Assembly (NCBI GenBank): GCA_903924465.1
Contig: CAIYBN010000039.1
Location: 14,256-78,255, forward strand
Direction: 5' to 3'
Origin: an uncultured Myxococcales bacterium
GTDB lineage: Bacteria; Myxococcota_A; UBA9042
DNA length: 64,000 nucleotides
Shown: piece by piece, positions 1 to 9,104 of the stretch
How positions within the stretch are numbered: the stretch's first letter is position 1
Layout of the letters: every line of letters begins with the position of its first letter
Translations under genes and position numbers: made by a program
Notes under the pieces: generated by a model
Databases searched by the model: none
What the model was told of the DNA's origin: nothing
Seen by the model: the letters and a program-made list of their open reading frames with translations, nothing else

Positions 1-537
1 GAACTCCGGCGGCGGCGCCCGGATCTGGCGCAATTGCTGTTTCAGCCGCTGGCCATGGATCGACGTGGCGAGGTGCCGCCGGGCGGCAAGCCTTACTTTG
101 AAATCCCGATCTTTCACTGGTTTGCCGGACAGTTCAGCGCGTTCTATCAGCGCCAGTACTTCGACTCTGCACAGCGCTTTGCGGACGCACCGCGACTGAC
201 CGCGGAGCACGTGGCGGCTTTGGATTTCCTGGACAGCCTGATGGAGGAGCCACACCAGCAGTTCACGATGTCCCTCACCCCAGGCGACCTGCAATTTGTC
301 AACAACCACACGATCTTGCACGACAGGACCGCGTTTGACGACTGGCCGAATCCGCAGCGACGGCGGCATCTGTTGCGGCTTTGGCTTGCGCCGATCGATG
401 CCCGCCCCCTGCCGCCGGTCTTCGCGCTGCGCTACGGCAGCGTGGAACTGGGCAAACGAGGTGGGGTGGCGATGCCGGAATCTGGCGGCGTGATGCCGCT
501 GCCAGCCGAGGGCAGCGACTTCCCGAAAGCACCGTAG
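1..537 (+). CDS. TauD/TfdA-family Fe(II)/2-oxoglutarate dioxygenase, C-terminal part (5' end outside window)
   Basis: The frame is open from base 1 and the track ORF runs 34..537. The C-terminal motif GDLQFVNNHTILHDRTAFDD resembles the TauD/TfdA 'GDxxxWDNRxxxHRA' His-containing strand. Family call is from motif memory only. Confidence 0.45.
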   Translation, partial: ELRRRRPDLAQLLFQPLAMDRRGEVPPGGKPYFEIPIFHWFAGQFSAFYQRQYFDSAQRFADAPRLTAEHVAALDFLDSLMEEPHQQFTMSLTPGDLQFVNNHTILHDRTAFDDWPNPQRRRHLLRLWLAPIDARPLPPVFALRYGSVELGKRGGVAMPESGGVMPLPAEGSDFPKAP

Positions 538-730
538 GTCGCCGACAAGCATCTGACCCTCTCCATCTGTCGTGGACGACGACGTGATGCTGATGGGTGG
601 TGGCGCGCGACACACCCGCCAATACCACCTACGCCACTGCGTTTCCTGCCACCAGAGACCACCCGGCAACACCAACGGGCGGCCCGGCGCGAAGGGCGAC
701 GAACGCCCGAGCCTCAATCGCCACTGGACA

Positions 731-746
731 CTGAACGTATGTTCAG
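731..746. promoter_or_regulatory. LexA (SOS) box of the Cheo / deltaproteobacterial type overlapping the imuA start
   Basis: Perfect palindrome CTGAACGTATGTTCAG (GAAC-N4-GTTC core). It is close to the reported Myxococcus-type consensus CTRHAMRYBYGTTCAGS and sits directly on the first ATG of the imuA-imuB-dnaE2 cassette, which is classically LexA-regulated. Confidence 0.55.
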
Positions 747-1449
747 TATCCTGTCCTGTATGAAACCCCTGCCCAATCACCTCACCGTCCAGCAAACCCT
801 TCGGCAATTCACGACGTTGGCGGATCTGGATCGGGCGCGGCGTCCTGCGCAACAGCGGCTGGATTGGCCAGATCTGGTCGGCCGGTTGGTGGAAGTGGTG
901 GGCGGGCCGCGATCGCTACAGTTGGCGTGGCTGGCACAGCTGACAACGCAGGTGCAGGCGGCGGGCGACGTTGCCGTTTGGCTGCAGACCATGGAAAGTA
1001 CGCCGTTTCCTCCGGATCTGCAGCAAGCTGGCGTCGCACTGGATCGACTGCCGATGCTGCGGCTGACGGATTTCCGGGCACAACTGCGCGCGGCGGATGT
1101 GCTGCTGCGCTCCGGTGCTTTTGGCCTGTGCGCGATCGATGCCACGGCGGCGAATCAGCGGGCGCTGGATGCCTCGCGTTCGCTGGACAATGCGCTGGGC
1201 CGGCTGTTGGGACTGTGTCAAAAGCACACTTCGGCGCTGGTCTTTTTGACACCTGAGCCTCAAGAGGCCATGGCCCAGCAGGAAAACGCTGGTTTTTTGC
1301 AAACATCGCTTGTTTCCCTGCGTCTGGCGGTGGCGCGCGATCGCGAGGAGCCGCGGCGACTGCGGCTGGAGGTAAAAAAGGACAAGCGGCGTGGCCCGGC
1401 AACGCTGCGAACTGAAGTCCGTGGAGGACCGGATGGCTTTCTCCTCTGA
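739..1449 (+). CDS. imuA: ImuA-like SOS mutagenesis protein (RecA/SulA-fold accessory of ImuB-DnaE2)
   Basis: A ~230-aa ORF immediately upstream of imuB/dnaE2, overlapping it (imuB ATG at 1433). Position and size are typical of imuA. An alternative start ATG lies at 760 (MKPLPN...). Sequence similarity to ImuA is judged from memory only. Confidence 0.5.
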   Translation: MFSILSCMKPLPNHLTVQQTLRQFTTLADLDRARRPAQQRLDWPDLVGRLVEVVGGPRSLQLAWLAQLTTQVQAAGDVAVWLQTMESTPFPPDLQQAGVALDRLPMLRLTDFRAQLRAADVLLRSGAFGLCAIDATAANQRALDASRSLDNALGRLLGLCQKHTSALVFLTPEPQEAMAQQENAGFLQTSLVSLRLAVARDREEPRRLRLEVKKDKRRGPATLRTEVRGGPDGFLL

Positions 1450-3016
1450 TGACCAGCGCTTGTGCTGCGTCGATGTCCCGGCGTTGCCGCTGCAATGCCT
1501 GGTGCGGCGTGAACCGGAACTGGCGACCTTGCCCGCGGTGATTGTCGACGAGCTGCATCCAAACGGCATCGTGCTGTGGACGAACCGTGCCGCGCGCCAC
1601 GCGGGGGTGCACACGGGCGCGCGCTACGGTCATGCGCTCAGCCTGTGTGCGCAGCTGCGCGCGGGGCTGGTGCCGGATGCGGAACAGCAGGCGGCGATCA
1701 CCGATATCGCCGAATTGCTGCGAACCTTCACGCCGCTGGTTGAGCCCGCGCGTCAGGAGCCCGGTGTGTTCTGGCTGGATGCCAATGGTCTCGGGCGTTT
1801 TTACCCGGACCTGCCGCTGCCGGACATCCACGCGCGCTGGAGTGAGGCGATGCGCCAAGCGCTGCGCGATGCCGGCTGGCACGCCGCGGTGGTGCTGGGC
1901 TTTGACCGGCTGGCGACGTACGCGATCGCCCGGCATTTCCGCGGTGTGCGGGTCCTGCTCGACCCGGTGGAGGAGGCGCAAACCAGCGCACGCGTGCATC
2001 TGGCGAGCTTGGGCTCGACCTGGGGTATTGCGCCGAAACTGCGCGATGAATTGGCGCGACTGGGCGTGGCGACGCTGGGCGATCTGGCCAAGCTGCCGGA
2101 GACGGCGCTGCGCGAGCGCATGGGCCTGCAAGTGGCGATGCTGCGTCGGCGGCTGGCCCATGACGTGCCGATGCCGCTGGCCGCCGAACTGCCGGTGCCC
2201 AAGCCCGTGGCGGCGCGCGATTTCGAGCCGCCGGACAACAACGCCGAGCGCTTGCTGTTTGCCGCCAAGGGGCTGCTCGGGCAGTTGCTGCCGCTGCTGG
2301 TGGCGCAGCGTCAGGCGGTGGCCAAGCTGGAGTTGTTGCTGGTGCTGGACACGAACTCGGCAGTCAGCCAGCCGCTGTGGCTACAACCGGCCGAGCCGAC
2401 GCTTCACGAGCTGCAACTGCTGGACCTGGTGCGTCTGGCGCTGGATCGCGCGCCGCTGGCCGGTGCGGTCAAGACGCTGCGGCTGGAACTGCACGGTGTG
2501 CCGGCCACTGCGGAACAGCTGGCGCTCTGGCGGCTGCAAGGTCAGCGGGATCCGCACGCGGCGGCTTTGGCCCTGGCGCGGTTGCGGGCGCTGTTCGGCG
2601 AGGACGCGGTGGTGGCGGCGACGCTGCGATCGGCGTGGTTGCCGGAAGGCCAGTTTGCCTGGCAGCCGCTCCACAAGTTGCAGATTCACGGCACGGCCAA
2701 ACCGCAGGAGCCAGCGAATGTGCTCCGTCTGCCACAGCAGCCGCAGTTGCGTCTGGTGCGCCGCCTGCTCAGCCAGCCCGCGCGCTTGCCGCCCAAGCCC
2801 AGCAACAACCGCCCTTGGCGCCTCGCGCCCTTTCGCCCTGAGACCGTGGTGCATTTTGACGGTCCCTATCGCCTGGCCGGCGGCTGGTGGCGGTCGATGA
2901 GCCAGACCGACCGCTGCCGTGACTACGGCTACGCCACCACGGATCGCGGCACGGTACTGTGGGTTTTCCACGAGCCCGCGCGCGGCGCCTGGTTCTGCCA
3001 TGGCTTTCTGGAATGA
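1433..3016 (+). CDS. imuB: ImuB, Y-family DNA polymerase-like protein of the mutagenesis cassette
   Basis: ~527 aa starting MAFSSDDQRLCCVDVPALPLQ, with an UmuC/DinB-like N-terminal fold pattern. It overlaps imuA by 17 nt and shares an ATGA overlap with dnaE2 (3013-3016). Confidence 0.65.
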   Translation: MAFSSDDQRLCCVDVPALPLQCLVRREPELATLPAVIVDELHPNGIVLWTNRAARHAGVHTGARYGHALSLCAQLRAGLVPDAEQQAAITDIAELLRTFTPLVEPARQEPGVFWLDANGLGRFYPDLPLPDIHARWSEAMRQALRDAGWHAAVVLGFDRLATYAIARHFRGVRVLLDPVEEAQTSARVHLASLGSTWGIAPKLRDELARLGVATLGDLAKLPETALRERMGLQVAMLRRRLAHDVPMPLAAELPVPKPVAARDFEPPDNNAERLLFAAKGLLGQLLPLLVAQRQAVAKLELLLVLDTNSAVSQPLWLQPAEPTLHELQLLDLVRLALDRAPLAGAVKTLRLELHGVPATAEQLALWRLQGQRDPHAAALALARLRALFGEDAVVAATLRSAWLPEGQFAWQPLHKLQIHGTAKPQEPANVLRLPQQPQLRLVRRLLSQPARLPPKPSNNRPWRLAPFRPETVVHFDGPYRLAGGWWRSMSQTDRCRDYGYATTDRGTVLWVFHEPARGAWFCHGFLE

Positions 3017-6000
3017 CCCAGCCGTACGTGCCCCTCTGGGTCAAAACCCACTTTAGCTTTTTGGAAGGCGCGTCGCGGCCCGACGAACTGGTCGAACGCA
3101 CCCATGCGCTCGGGCTACCTGCGTTGGCCATCACCGATCGCGACGGCGTACCGGGAATCGTCCGCGCCCATGAAGCCGCAAAGGATTTCGGCCTGAAGCT
3201 GCTGTTTGGCTCGCAACTGACCGTGACACACACGCTGCCCGACGCACCGCTGCTGCTGCCGGAGCAGATCGCCGCGACCCAACCGATGACACCGGTGCTG
3301 CTGGCGATGAACCGTCAGGGCTACGGCAACCTGTGCCGTTTGGCGACGCTGGGACGGCGGCGGTGCCAGAAGGGTGGGTCGTTGAACAGTTGGCAGGAGC
3401 TCGCCACGCACGCCGACGGCCTGCTGCTGCTGCTGCACCAGCCACCCGACGATCTGCGCGCGCCGTGGCTGCAGGACCTGGCCGCAGCCTTTGGGGATCG
3501 CGCCTACGGCCTGTGCGCGCGCCACGGCGAGGAGGTGGACAAGCCGCGCGAACGGCAGATGCGTCGGCTTTTGCAGCATTTTGGCTGGCCCGGCGTGGCG
3601 GGGCGCGAAGTGCTGTACCACGATGCCGCGCGCCGACGGCTGCAGGACGTGCTGACGTGCATCCGTCTCGGCCTGACGCTGGACAGCGCCGGACAGCAGC
3701 TGAAACCGAACGCGGCGCACGATTTGCTGCCGCCCGACGACTTCGCCCGCCTGTTTGCCGATGAGCCGACGTGGCTGCGTGAAACGCTGAACATTGCCGA
3801 TCGCTGCCATTTCTCGCTGGCCGAGCTGCGCTACGTCTATCCGCTGGCGCGGCTGCCGGACGGCACGACGACGGCGCAGCACTTTGAACGGCTGACCTGG
3901 CAAGGTGCGGCATGGCGCTATCCGCAAGGCATTCCCGAGGATGTGCGGGCGCAACTGAACAAGGAGCTCGCGCTGATTCACCAGCTGGATTATGCAGGCT
4001 ATTTCCTGACGATGTGGGAGATCGTGCAGTTCTGCAACAAGTCGGGGATTCTCTGCCAAGGGCGTGGATCCGCGGCGAATTCCGCGGTGTGCTATGTGCT
4101 GGGTATCACAGCCATCGATCCGGTGCGCATGGGCCTGCTGTTTGAGCGTTTCCTGTCGCTCGAGCGCGCGGAGCCGCCGGACATCGATCTCGACATCGAG
4201 CACGAACGGCGCGAGGAGGTGATTCAGCACGTCTACGGCCGCTACGATCCGCTGCATCCGGCGGGCCAAAACGCAGACGATCCGGCGGCTTGTGTCCAGA
4301 CCGGCCGTTCGCACGCGGCGATGGTCTGCAACGTCATCCGCTTTCGCGGCAAGTCGGCGATTCGCGAGGTCGGCAAGGTGCTGGGCATTCCGGAGACGGA
4401 TCTGGACCGCGCGTCGCGTTTTGTCTCGTCGTGGGGCGAGGACATCGACGCCGCGCAGCTGAAAACGGCGGGCTTTGCCCTGGAGTCGCAATCACACCGG
4501 CTGCTGCTGGAGCTGGCCAATGAGATCCAGGATTTTCCGCGGCATCTGGGCATTCATCCCGGCGGTTTCCTGCTCGGTCACGAGCCGATCGACACCCTGG
4601 TGCCGATCGAGAACGCCACGATGGAGGCGCGCACCGTCATCCAGTGGGACAAAAACGACGTGGAGGCGCTGGGGCTGTTCAAGGTCGACCTGCTGGGTCT
4701 GGGCATGCTGAGCCAAGTGCACCGCTGTCTGGACCTGCTCCAGCAGACCAAGGGGCTGGAGCTGACGATGGCGACGATTCCGGCGGAGGATCCGGCGACG
4801 TACCAGATGATCAGCCGCGGCGACACGGTGGGCGTGTTCCAAATCGAGAGCCGCGCGCAGATGGCGATGCTGCCGCGCCTGCAACCGCGGACGTTCTACG
4901 ATTTGGTGGTGGAAGTGGCGATCGTCCGGCCGGGGCCGATCACCGGCGGCATGGTGCATCCGTACCTGCGGCGGCGCCAGGGCAAGGAACCTGTCGCGTA
5001 CCCGCACGCGTGCCTGGAGCCCGTGCTGGCCAAGACGCTCGGTGTGCCGCTGTTTCAGGAGCAGGTCATGCGGCTGGCGATGGTCGCGGCGGACTACACG
5101 CCGGGCGAGGCGGACCAGTTGCGTCGGGACATGGCGGCGTGGAAGAAATCGGGCGCGATCGAGAAGCACCACGAGAAGCTGACAACGCGGATGGTGCAGA
5201 AGGGCATCGCGGTCGAATTTGCCGAGCGTGTGTTCCAGCAAATCCGCGGTTTTGGCGAATACGGCTTTCCAGAATCGCATGCCGCGTCCTTCGCGCTGAT
5301 TTCCTACATCACCGCGTGGCTCAAATGCCATCATCTTGCGGAGTTCACGTGCGCGCTGCTGAACGCTTGGCCCATGGGATTCTACACGCCAGCGACGATC
5401 GTCGAGGACGCCAAACGCCATGGTTTGCGGATCCTGCCGATCGACGTGCAACGTTCCACGTGGGAATGCAGGATGGAGGGGCAAGCCGTGCGCATGGGCC
5501 TCAAGTTTGTCCACGGCCTGACCGTGCTGCACCGCGCGCGGCTGGAAATGGCACCTGCGCCGTTTGCCAGTCTGGACGATTTTGTGCGGCGCACGCGGCT
5601 GGACAAGAAAGCCCTCGATGCACTGGCGGAGGTCGGCGCACTCGACGGCCTCTCCGCGGATCGCCGCCAGGCCCTGTGGCAAGTGCGCGCGTTGGCACAT
5701 CGTTCCCGGGAACCGCTGCTGCTGCCGCAGGATGAAACGCTGCCGCTGTTTGCGCCGCTGGGGCTGGCTGGCACCATCGGCTGGGACTACCGGCGCAGCG
5801 GCCTGTCGACGCGTGGTCATCCCCTGTCGCCCTTGCGACCCGCACTGGAGGAGCGGCGTCTGCCGACCGCGCGCGACATCCACAAGATGCGCAACGGCAA
5901 GCGCGTGCGTTTTGTCGGTCTGGTCATTTGCCGCCAAAGCCCCGGCACCGCCAGCGGCGTCACCTTCTTCACGCTGGAGGACGAGACCGGTCTGTGCAAC

Positions 6001-6180
6001 CTGGTGGTCTGGAAGGACATCATGCAACGCTTCCGCGTACTGGCCCGAACCTCCAGCCTGCTCGGCGTCACCGGCCACATCCAAGCTGAAGACGGCGTGG
6101 TCCACCTGATCGCAGACACGCTCTGGACCCCAGAAATCACCCAAACCGTGACTGCACCACGCAGCCGCGATTTTCACTAA
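3013..6180 (+). CDS. dnaE2: Error-prone DNA polymerase III alpha subunit DnaE2 (ImuC)
   Basis: 1,055 aa with an N-terminal PHP domain (MTQPYVPLWVKTHFSFLEGASRPDELVERTHALGLPALAITDRDG), Pol III alpha core motifs and an OB-fold C-terminus. It is the third gene of the cassette. Confidence 0.85.
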   Translation: MTQPYVPLWVKTHFSFLEGASRPDELVERTHALGLPALAITDRDGVPGIVRAHEAAKDFGLKLLFGSQLTVTHTLPDAPLLLPEQIAATQPMTPVLLAMNRQGYGNLCRLATLGRRRCQKGGSLNSWQELATHADGLLLLLHQPPDDLRAPWLQDLAAAFGDRAYGLCARHGEEVDKPRERQMRRLLQHFGWPGVAGREVLYHDAARRRLQDVLTCIRLGLTLDSAGQQLKPNAAHDLLPPDDFARLFADEPTWLRETLNIADRCHFSLAELRYVYPLARLPDGTTTAQHFERLTWQGAAWRYPQGIPEDVRAQLNKELALIHQLDYAGYFLTMWEIVQFCNKSGILCQGRGSAANSAVCYVLGITAIDPVRMGLLFERFLSLERAEPPDIDLDIEHERREEVIQHVYGRYDPLHPAGQNADDPAACVQTGRSHAAMVCNVIRFRGKSAIREVGKVLGIPETDLDRASRFVSSWGEDIDAAQLKTAGFALESQSHRLLLELANEIQDFPRHLGIHPGGFLLGHEPIDTLVPIENATMEARTVIQWDKNDVEALGLFKVDLLGLGMLSQVHRCLDLLQQTKGLELTMATIPAEDPATYQMISRGDTVGVFQIESRAQMAMLPRLQPRTFYDLVVEVAIVRPGPITGGMVHPYLRRRQGKEPVAYPHACLEPVLAKTLGVPLFQEQVMRLAMVAADYTPGEADQLRRDMAAWKKSGAIEKHHEKLTTRMVQKGIAVEFAERVFQQIRGFGEYGFPESHAASFALISYITAWLKCHHLAEFTCALLNAWPMGFYTPATIVEDAKRHGLRILPIDVQRSTWECRMEGQAVRMGLKFVHGLTVLHRARLEMAPAPFASLDDFVRRTRLDKKALDALAEVGALDGLSADRRQALWQVRALAHRSREPLLLPQDETLPLFAPLGLAGTIGWDYRRSGLSTRGHPLSPLRPALEERRLPTARDIHKMRNGKRVRFVGLVICRQSPGTASGVTFFTLEDETGLCNLVVWKDIMQRFRVLARTSSLLGVTGHIQAEDGVVHLIADTLWTPEITQTVTAPRSRDFH

Positions 6181-6387
6181 CCCGGTGTTCACATTCAGTC
6201 CAAATTTCGCAAAATCGCGCCACCACGACCGACTGCTGTCCACTTCCACGGCGTGGCGCGGCGTGAGGGCTCGGAATCCGAGTAAGCACCGTCATTGATT
6301 TGCATCAAGCCATGTGCCGACTTTTTTTCTGCGCGTACGCTGCGCGTCGCTTACCTTCACCGTCAGGATGCACGACGAGGGAACACG

Positions 6388-8781
6388 ATGAACTCCGGAT
6401 TGACTGCACAGGAGGCCGCGAGCCGGCTTGCCGCCCAAGGCCGCAACGAGATCCAACGCGAGGAGGCGACTTCGCCGTGGCGGATGCTGGCGGGTCAGTT
6501 CGCCAGTCCAGTGATTTGGCTGCTTTTGGGCGCCTGCGTCATCTCAGCCGCGCTGGGTGAAATCGCGGACGCAATCGCCATCGGCACGATCGTGGTTCTC
6601 AACGCGCTGGTCGGTTTCTTTCAGGAATACCGCGCGGAACGGGCCGTCCTGGCGTTGCGTTCGATGACCGCCCCACGCGCGCGGGTGATGCGCGACACGC
6701 ATCCGTTGATGATCCCGGCGACGGAAGTGGTCGTCGGCGATTTGCTGCTGCTGGAGGCAGGCGACATCGTAGCGGCCGACGCGCACCTGCTGGAGGCCAA
6801 TCGCCTGCAAGCCAACGAAGCGGCGCTGACCGGCGAGAGCGTGCCGAGCGAAAAATCGATCGGTGCGCCCGCGAAAGATGCCCCTCTGGCCGAGCGCCAC
6901 GACGCGGTGTTCATGGGCACCCACATCGCCAACGGCACAGGTAGCGCGGAGGTGACGGCGATCGGCATGGCCACAGAACTGGGCAAAATCGCGCACTTGC
7001 TGGCGACGGCGGAGGCAGGTGAGACGCCGCTGCAGCAGCGCCTGGCCAAGGTCAGCAAAATGCTGCTGTACGTGTGCTTGGGCATCGTCGCGCTGGTAGC
7101 CGGCCTCGGGCTGCTGCGTGGGCTGGGGCTGTTCGAGGTGTTCCTCTCAGCGGTGTCGCTCGCGGTGGCGGCTGTGCCGGAAGGGCTACCGGCGATTGTC
7201 ACGATTGCGTTGGCGATCGGCGTGCAGCGGATGGTGTCGCGCCACGTGCTGGTGCGCAAACTGCCTGCGGTGGAGACGTTGGGCTGCGCGACGATTATTT
7301 GCACAGACAAAACAGGTACTTTGACGACAGGCGTGATGACGGTGCGCGAGCTGTGGGGACCGGACGAGCAGAAGCTGCTGGCAGCTGGCGCGGCGAATTG
7401 CGATGCGGAACTGTCGGCGGACGGGCTGACCGGCATCGGTGACACAACGGAAGTGGCCATTTTGCTGGCGGCGGCGGTGCGTGGCGTCCAGCGGGCGCAG
7501 ATTGAGAAGTCGAATCAGCGTGTTTCGGTCAACCCATTCGACTCCACGCGCAAGTGCATGTCGATCCTGCGGGCGGATGGCGTGCTCTACGTCAAGGGTG
7601 CGGTCGAAATCGTGCTGGCCCGGTGCACGGCCGGGACGGACAGCGCGATGGCAGCGAATGCACAAATGGCGGGGCGTGGACTGCGCGTCCTGGCGGTGGC
7701 GATTGGCCATAGCGCGGCGGAGGAGAATCTGCAACTCGTCGGTTTGATTGGGATTGCCGATCCGCCGCGCACGGAGGCGATCGAAGCGGTGAAGGCGGCG
7801 CGCGCGGCGGGTATTCGGACCGTGATGGTGACTGGCGACCATCCCAGCACCGCGCTGGCCATCGCGCGGGAGATGGGCATCGTGGATCCCGACGAAGCAC
7901 CGGAGGAATTCGTCCACGCGCGTGCCACGCCCGAGGACAAGCTGCGGATTGTCCGGGACTTGAAAGTCAAAGGCGCCATCGTCGCCATGACCGGCGACGG
8001 TGTGAACGACGCGCCCGCCTTGCGTGAGGCCCACATCGGCATCTGCATGGGCCAGACCGGCACCGAAGTCACGCGCGAGGCCGCGGACATGGTGCTCACG
8101 GACGACAATTTCGCCAGCATTGTCGCGGCGATCCGCGAAGGGCGCGGCATCTTCGACAACATCCGCAAGGCGCTCGTCTACCTGTTGTCCGGCAATTCGG
8201 GCGAGCTGGCTGTCATGCTGTTCGCTTCGATCCTCGGCCTGCCGCTACCGCTTTTGCCGCTGCACTTGCTGTGGATCAACCTGGTCACGGATGGTTTTCC
8301 GGCGCTGGCGCTGGTGATGGAGCCCACCGACCCGGACGTGATGAACCAGCCGCCGCGTCGTCCCGACGAGCCGATGCTGGGCCGGCCGGAGTGGACCACG
8401 ATTGCCCTGACCGGTGTGCTGCAGACCGCGGCCACACTGGGCATTTTCGTCTGGGCGCTACAGAATCGAAACTTGCCGGAGGCGCGCAACCTCGCCTTCT
8501 TCGTTATCGTTTTCGCCGAGTTGTTCCGCTCCTTCGCGTCGCGCAGCAACACCAAGCTGTTCTGGGAAGTCGGCGCGCTTGGCAACCTGACACTGCTGGG
8601 CGTGGTGGCGGTGTCGGTGCTGGCGCAGTTGGCGATTCACCACATCCCGGCCACGCAGCGGCTGTTCCAGATCAGCAGTATTTCCTGGAGCGATGGTGCG
8701 CTGGGGCTGGCCGTGGGGCTGGTGCCCGTCACGGGGCTGGAGCTGGCCAAGCTGGTGCGACGGTTGCGCAAGCGGGCGTGA
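6388..8781 (+). CDS. Cation-transporting P-type ATPase (P2-type, Ca2+/Mg2+-like)
   Basis: Motifs DKTGTLT (phosphorylation site), PEGLPA, TGDGVNDAPAL and MTGD, with about 10 predicted TM segments. ATG at 6388 (MNSGLTAQEAASRL). Confidence 0.85.
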   Translation: MNSGLTAQEAASRLAAQGRNEIQREEATSPWRMLAGQFASPVIWLLLGACVISAALGEIADAIAIGTIVVLNALVGFFQEYRAERAVLALRSMTAPRARVMRDTHPLMIPATEVVVGDLLLLEAGDIVAADAHLLEANRLQANEAALTGESVPSEKSIGAPAKDAPLAERHDAVFMGTHIANGTGSAEVTAIGMATELGKIAHLLATAEAGETPLQQRLAKVSKMLLYVCLGIVALVAGLGLLRGLGLFEVFLSAVSLAVAAVPEGLPAIVTIALAIGVQRMVSRHVLVRKLPAVETLGCATIICTDKTGTLTTGVMTVRELWGPDEQKLLAAGAANCDAELSADGLTGIGDTTEVAILLAAAVRGVQRAQIEKSNQRVSVNPFDSTRKCMSILRADGVLYVKGAVEIVLARCTAGTDSAMAANAQMAGRGLRVLAVAIGHSAAEENLQLVGLIGIADPPRTEAIEAVKAARAAGIRTVMVTGDHPSTALAIAREMGIVDPDEAPEEFVHARATPEDKLRIVRDLKVKGAIVAMTGDGVNDAPALREAHIGICMGQTGTEVTREAADMVLTDDNFASIVAAIREGRGIFDNIRKALVYLLSGNSGELAVMLFASILGLPLPLLPLHLLWINLVTDGFPALALVMEPTDPDVMNQPPRRPDEPMLGRPEWTTIALTGVLQTAATLGIFVWALQNRNLPEARNLAFFVIVFAELFRSFASRSNTKLFWEVGALGNLTLLGVVAVSVLAQLAIHHIPATQRLFQISSISWSDGALGLAVGLVPVTGLELAKLVRRLRKRA

Positions 8782-8839
8782 AGGGATGCGCGCGTCCCCC
8801 ATCCACCCATCGCCCGCAGCGCCGCGAGGTATCCCCAGG

Positions 8840-9017
8840 ACAGCCACCACGTGTCCCGGGGACACCTGCGACCTGCCTGCCCGATACCTCCGACCTGTCA
8901 CCCGGACACGTCGGAGCTATCCAGCCGATAGGTCGCACCTATCCACCAGACACCTTCGACCTATCCGCCAGACACCTTCGACCTGTCCAGGTGACAGCTC
9001 CGGCCTATGCCTGGCCG
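8840..9017. repeat. Degenerate tandem array of about 8 copies of a 21-24 bp unit (consensus acaccttcgacctRtccRccag) in a convergent intergenic gap
   Basis: Units start at 8840, 8861, 8884, 8905, 8928, 8950, 8972 and 8994. The two central copies differ at one position. The array lies between the ATPase stop (8781) and the stop of the minus-strand gene (9105). A 22-bp unit is not a multiple of 3. Confidence 0.75.
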
Positions 9018-9104
9018 GGCTCGGGCCCAGCGTCGCCACGGGTCTGGCGTTGATCTGCCGCAGTGGGTCTCAGCAGGCGGAATCGACTGGGGCATTGTGC
9101 AGCG

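Noticed and set aside
809-2161. 450-aa minus-strand ORF, along with 916..1614 and 1801..2268, antisense to imuA and imuB
   Set aside because: Arg/Ala/Pro-rich low-complexity translation that fully overlaps well-supported plus-strand genes. This is a typical antisense open frame in ~70% GC DNA.
4492-6249. 585-aa minus-strand ORF antisense to dnaE2, and 3115..4491 likewise
   Set aside because: Overlaps the conserved DnaE2 coding frame. It has biased composition and no motifs.
8840-9017. Possible CRISPR array
   Set aside because: The repeat units are contiguous with no interspersed unique spacers, and they are degenerate. No cas genes are nearby.
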